64,000 nt of DNA from an uncultured Nitrospiraceae bacterium (GTDB taxonomy: Bacteria; Nitrospirota; Nitrospiria; Nitrospirales; Nitrospiraceae): NCBI GenBank assembly GCA_963706325.1, contig CAVPLT010000007.1, positions 320,001 to 384,000 of the forward strand. The letters run 5' to 3'. This document shows positions 62,204 through 64,000 of this stretch, piece after piece. Position numbers and translations under genes: made by a program. Position 1 is the first letter of the stretch, and each line of letters starts with the position of its first letter. Below the pieces are notes generated by a model. The model was not told where the DNA came from. It worked only from the letters and a program-made list of their open reading frames with translations, and did no database searches.

Positions 62204-62933
62204 ATGAACGGTACGAGCCATGATGTAGCCGCCGTCCTTACTTTGAACGCCGGATCATCCAGTGTGAGATGGGCATTGTTCCGTGCTGGCGCTCAGCCCG
62301 CACGACTGGGCGCGGGAAAACTTGAGCGGATCGGTCTTCCTGATGGAATTCTCACCGCCACCGATGCGACTAGCGGGCAACGCGATCGACGAACCATTCA
62401 GGTGGCCGACCACGCCGCGGCTGTACAGGTGCTCATCGAGCAGCTCGCGCAGAGCGGCAAGGGATTGTCGATTCATGCGATCGGCCATCGGGTCGTGCAC
62501 GGTGGCAGCCGTTATGCAGACCCTGTGGTGATGTCGCCGGAGGTGGTGGAGGAACTGCACCGGCTCAGCCCGTACGAGCCGGAACATCTGCCGGCCGAAA
62601 TCACCCTGATCGAAGCATTCGGTAAACAGTACCCCCGGGTGCCACAAGTGGCCTGTTTCGATACGGGATTTCATCAACACTTGCCGCGGGTGGCGCGAGT
62701 CCTGGCCATTCCGCGCCGATACGAAAAGCTGGGCGTGAAACGTTACGGATTTCATGGTTTGTCCTATGCCTGAATTTCTTGGTACTTGGCTGGATCTGGA
62801 CCGCAATGAAGCCAACGCTGCCGTCATTTCCATTCCGGAGATCAGAGTGACGGTGCGCGTCATGCACACCGAGGAAGAAATCCAGATTGCGCAATCGGTC
62901 TGCCGGTGGCTGGCAGTCGTTGCATACCAGTAA
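62204..62933 (+). pseudogene. ackA: Acetate kinase pseudogene with internal deletion and frameshift
   Basis: LNAGSSS, GHRVVHGG, PEHLP, FDTGFH and YGFHGLSYA* (62773) are followed directly, in another frame, by the C-terminus EFLG...[13 protein letters not shown]...TAA 62933. Confidence 0.9.
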
Positions 62934-63003
62934 AGAACGGACGGTCGATTCGGCCTGGGCCGGAGGACGATGCGTGACGAAACACTTGAACGAGAGGGAC
63001 CTC

Positions 63004-64000
63004 ATGAACGAGAAGAACGAGCAGGCGACTCAACCGCTCAGTCCCGAGATGGGTCAGCGCATCCATGCCTACTGGCGGGCGGCAAATTACTTGTCCGTGG
63101 GACAGATTTATCTGTTTGATAACCCGCTGCTAAAGCACCCGCTGAAGCGAGAGCATATCAAACCGCGCCTTCTGGGCCACTGGGGAACCACGCCGGGATT
63201 GAATTTTATCTATGTCCACCTCAACCGTGTCATCAAAGAGCAGGATTTGCAGGTGCTCTATATCACAGGCCCCGGTCATGGCGGTCCGGGCATCGTGGCT
63301 AATGTCTATATGGAGGGGACCTATAGCGAGGTCTATCCGAACATTACGCAAGACGAAGAGGGGCTCCGGCGGCTGTTTAAACAGTTTTCCTTTCCCGGTG
63401 GCATTCCTAGCCACGTCGCGCCGGAAACGCCCGGATCCATTAACGAGGGCGGAGAATTGGGCTATTCACTCGCCCACGCCTATGGAGCCGCCTTCGACCA
63501 TCCCGAGCTCCTTGTGGCCTGCGTGATCGGAGACGGCGAAGCTGAAACGGGACCGCTTGCCGGGAGCTGGCACGGGAACAAATTTTTGAATCCTGTGCGG
63601 GACGGAGCCGTGCTGCCGATTCTGCATTTGAACGGATATAAAATCGCCGGGCCGACCCTGTTGGCGCGCATGCCGCCGGATGAACTCGAGGCTCTGTTGA
63701 TCGGATACGGCCATCAGCCCTATTTCGTCGAAGGCGACGATCCCGAAGAGATGCATCAGCTGATGGCGTCCACGCTGGACGAGATCACCGCCACGATTCG
63801 GAAGATTCAGCAGGAGGCCAGATCGAAGGGATTCACCGGCCGGCCGCGCTGGCCCATGATCGTGCTGCGCACGCCGAAAGGCTGGACCGGGCCGAAGGAA
63901 GTAGACGGCAAGAAGGTTGAGGGCAGCTTTCGTTCCCATCAAGTGCCGATGGGAGACATGGACCGGCCCGAGCATGTGCAGTTATTGGAAGAATGGTTGA
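63004..64000 (+). CDS. xfp: Phosphoketolase (5' part, runs off the window)
   Basis: My own translation: [37 protein letters not shown] motif [11 protein letters not shown]...NKFLNP, HLNGYKI, RSHQVP. Confidence 0.96.
   Translation, partial: MNEKNEQATQPLSPEMGQRIHAYWRAANYLSVGQIYLFDNPLLKHPLKREHIKPRLLGHWGTTPGLNFIYVHLNRVIKEQDLQVLYITGPGHGGPGIVANVYMEGTYSEVYPNITQDEEGLRRLFKQFSFPGGIPSHVAPETPGSINEGGELGYSLAHAYGAAFDHPELLVACVIGDGEAETGPLAGSWHGNKFLNPVRDGAVLPILHLNGYKIAGPTLLARMPPDELEALLIGYGHQPYFVEGDDPEEMHQLMASTLDEITATIRKIQQEARSKGFTGRPRWPMIVLRTPKGWTGPKEVDGKKVEGSFRSHQVPMGDMDRPEHVQLLEEWL

Noticed and set aside
1..64000. Mobile elements, tRNA/rRNA, prophage or defence genes
   Set aside because: I recognised no transposase, integrase, phage structural, cas or RNA-gene signatures by eye. 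tRNAscan-SE, ISEScan and DefenseFinder would be decisive.

Overview
This looks like a chromosomal window from a moderately GC-rich bacterium. Gene content and protein styles point to Nitrospira/Nitrospirota, which is an inference. The left third (1-19.5 kb) is a patchy accessory zone: lipoproteins, an outer-membrane beta-barrel, a SulP transporter, an orphan flagellin facing three PilZ-like genes, and many decaying genes (Ku, MerR-TPR, DUF72, a cNMP-binding protein, an Slp fragment). At 19.6-24.1 kb a heme peroxidase lies upstream of a copper radical oxidase carrying five N-terminal Ca-blade-like repeats. Next come general-stress-type genes (ROK/ppgK-like kinase, DUF1328, receiver protein), a MOSC/LysR pair, an ECF sigma/anti-sigma/Spy-like/mdtABC operon, and a FecIR-TonB receptor-DUF3526 ABC(-PepSY fusion) operon. 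A histidine kinase and sigma54 activator precede a 1627-aa MnxG-like multicopper oxidase. The intergenic region before that oxidase holds two palindromic enhancer-like sites, a sigma54 -24/-12 promoter and a tandem pair of structured-RNA-like units with a kink-turn-like motif; this is the best candidate for an undescribed regulatory element. The window ends with a DsbA/ScsC-like gene, small secreted proteins, an internally deleted ackA and the 5' part of xfp. I saw no rRNA, tRNA, CRISPR array, integrase or transposase. All family calls come from motif recognition by eye, not database searches.
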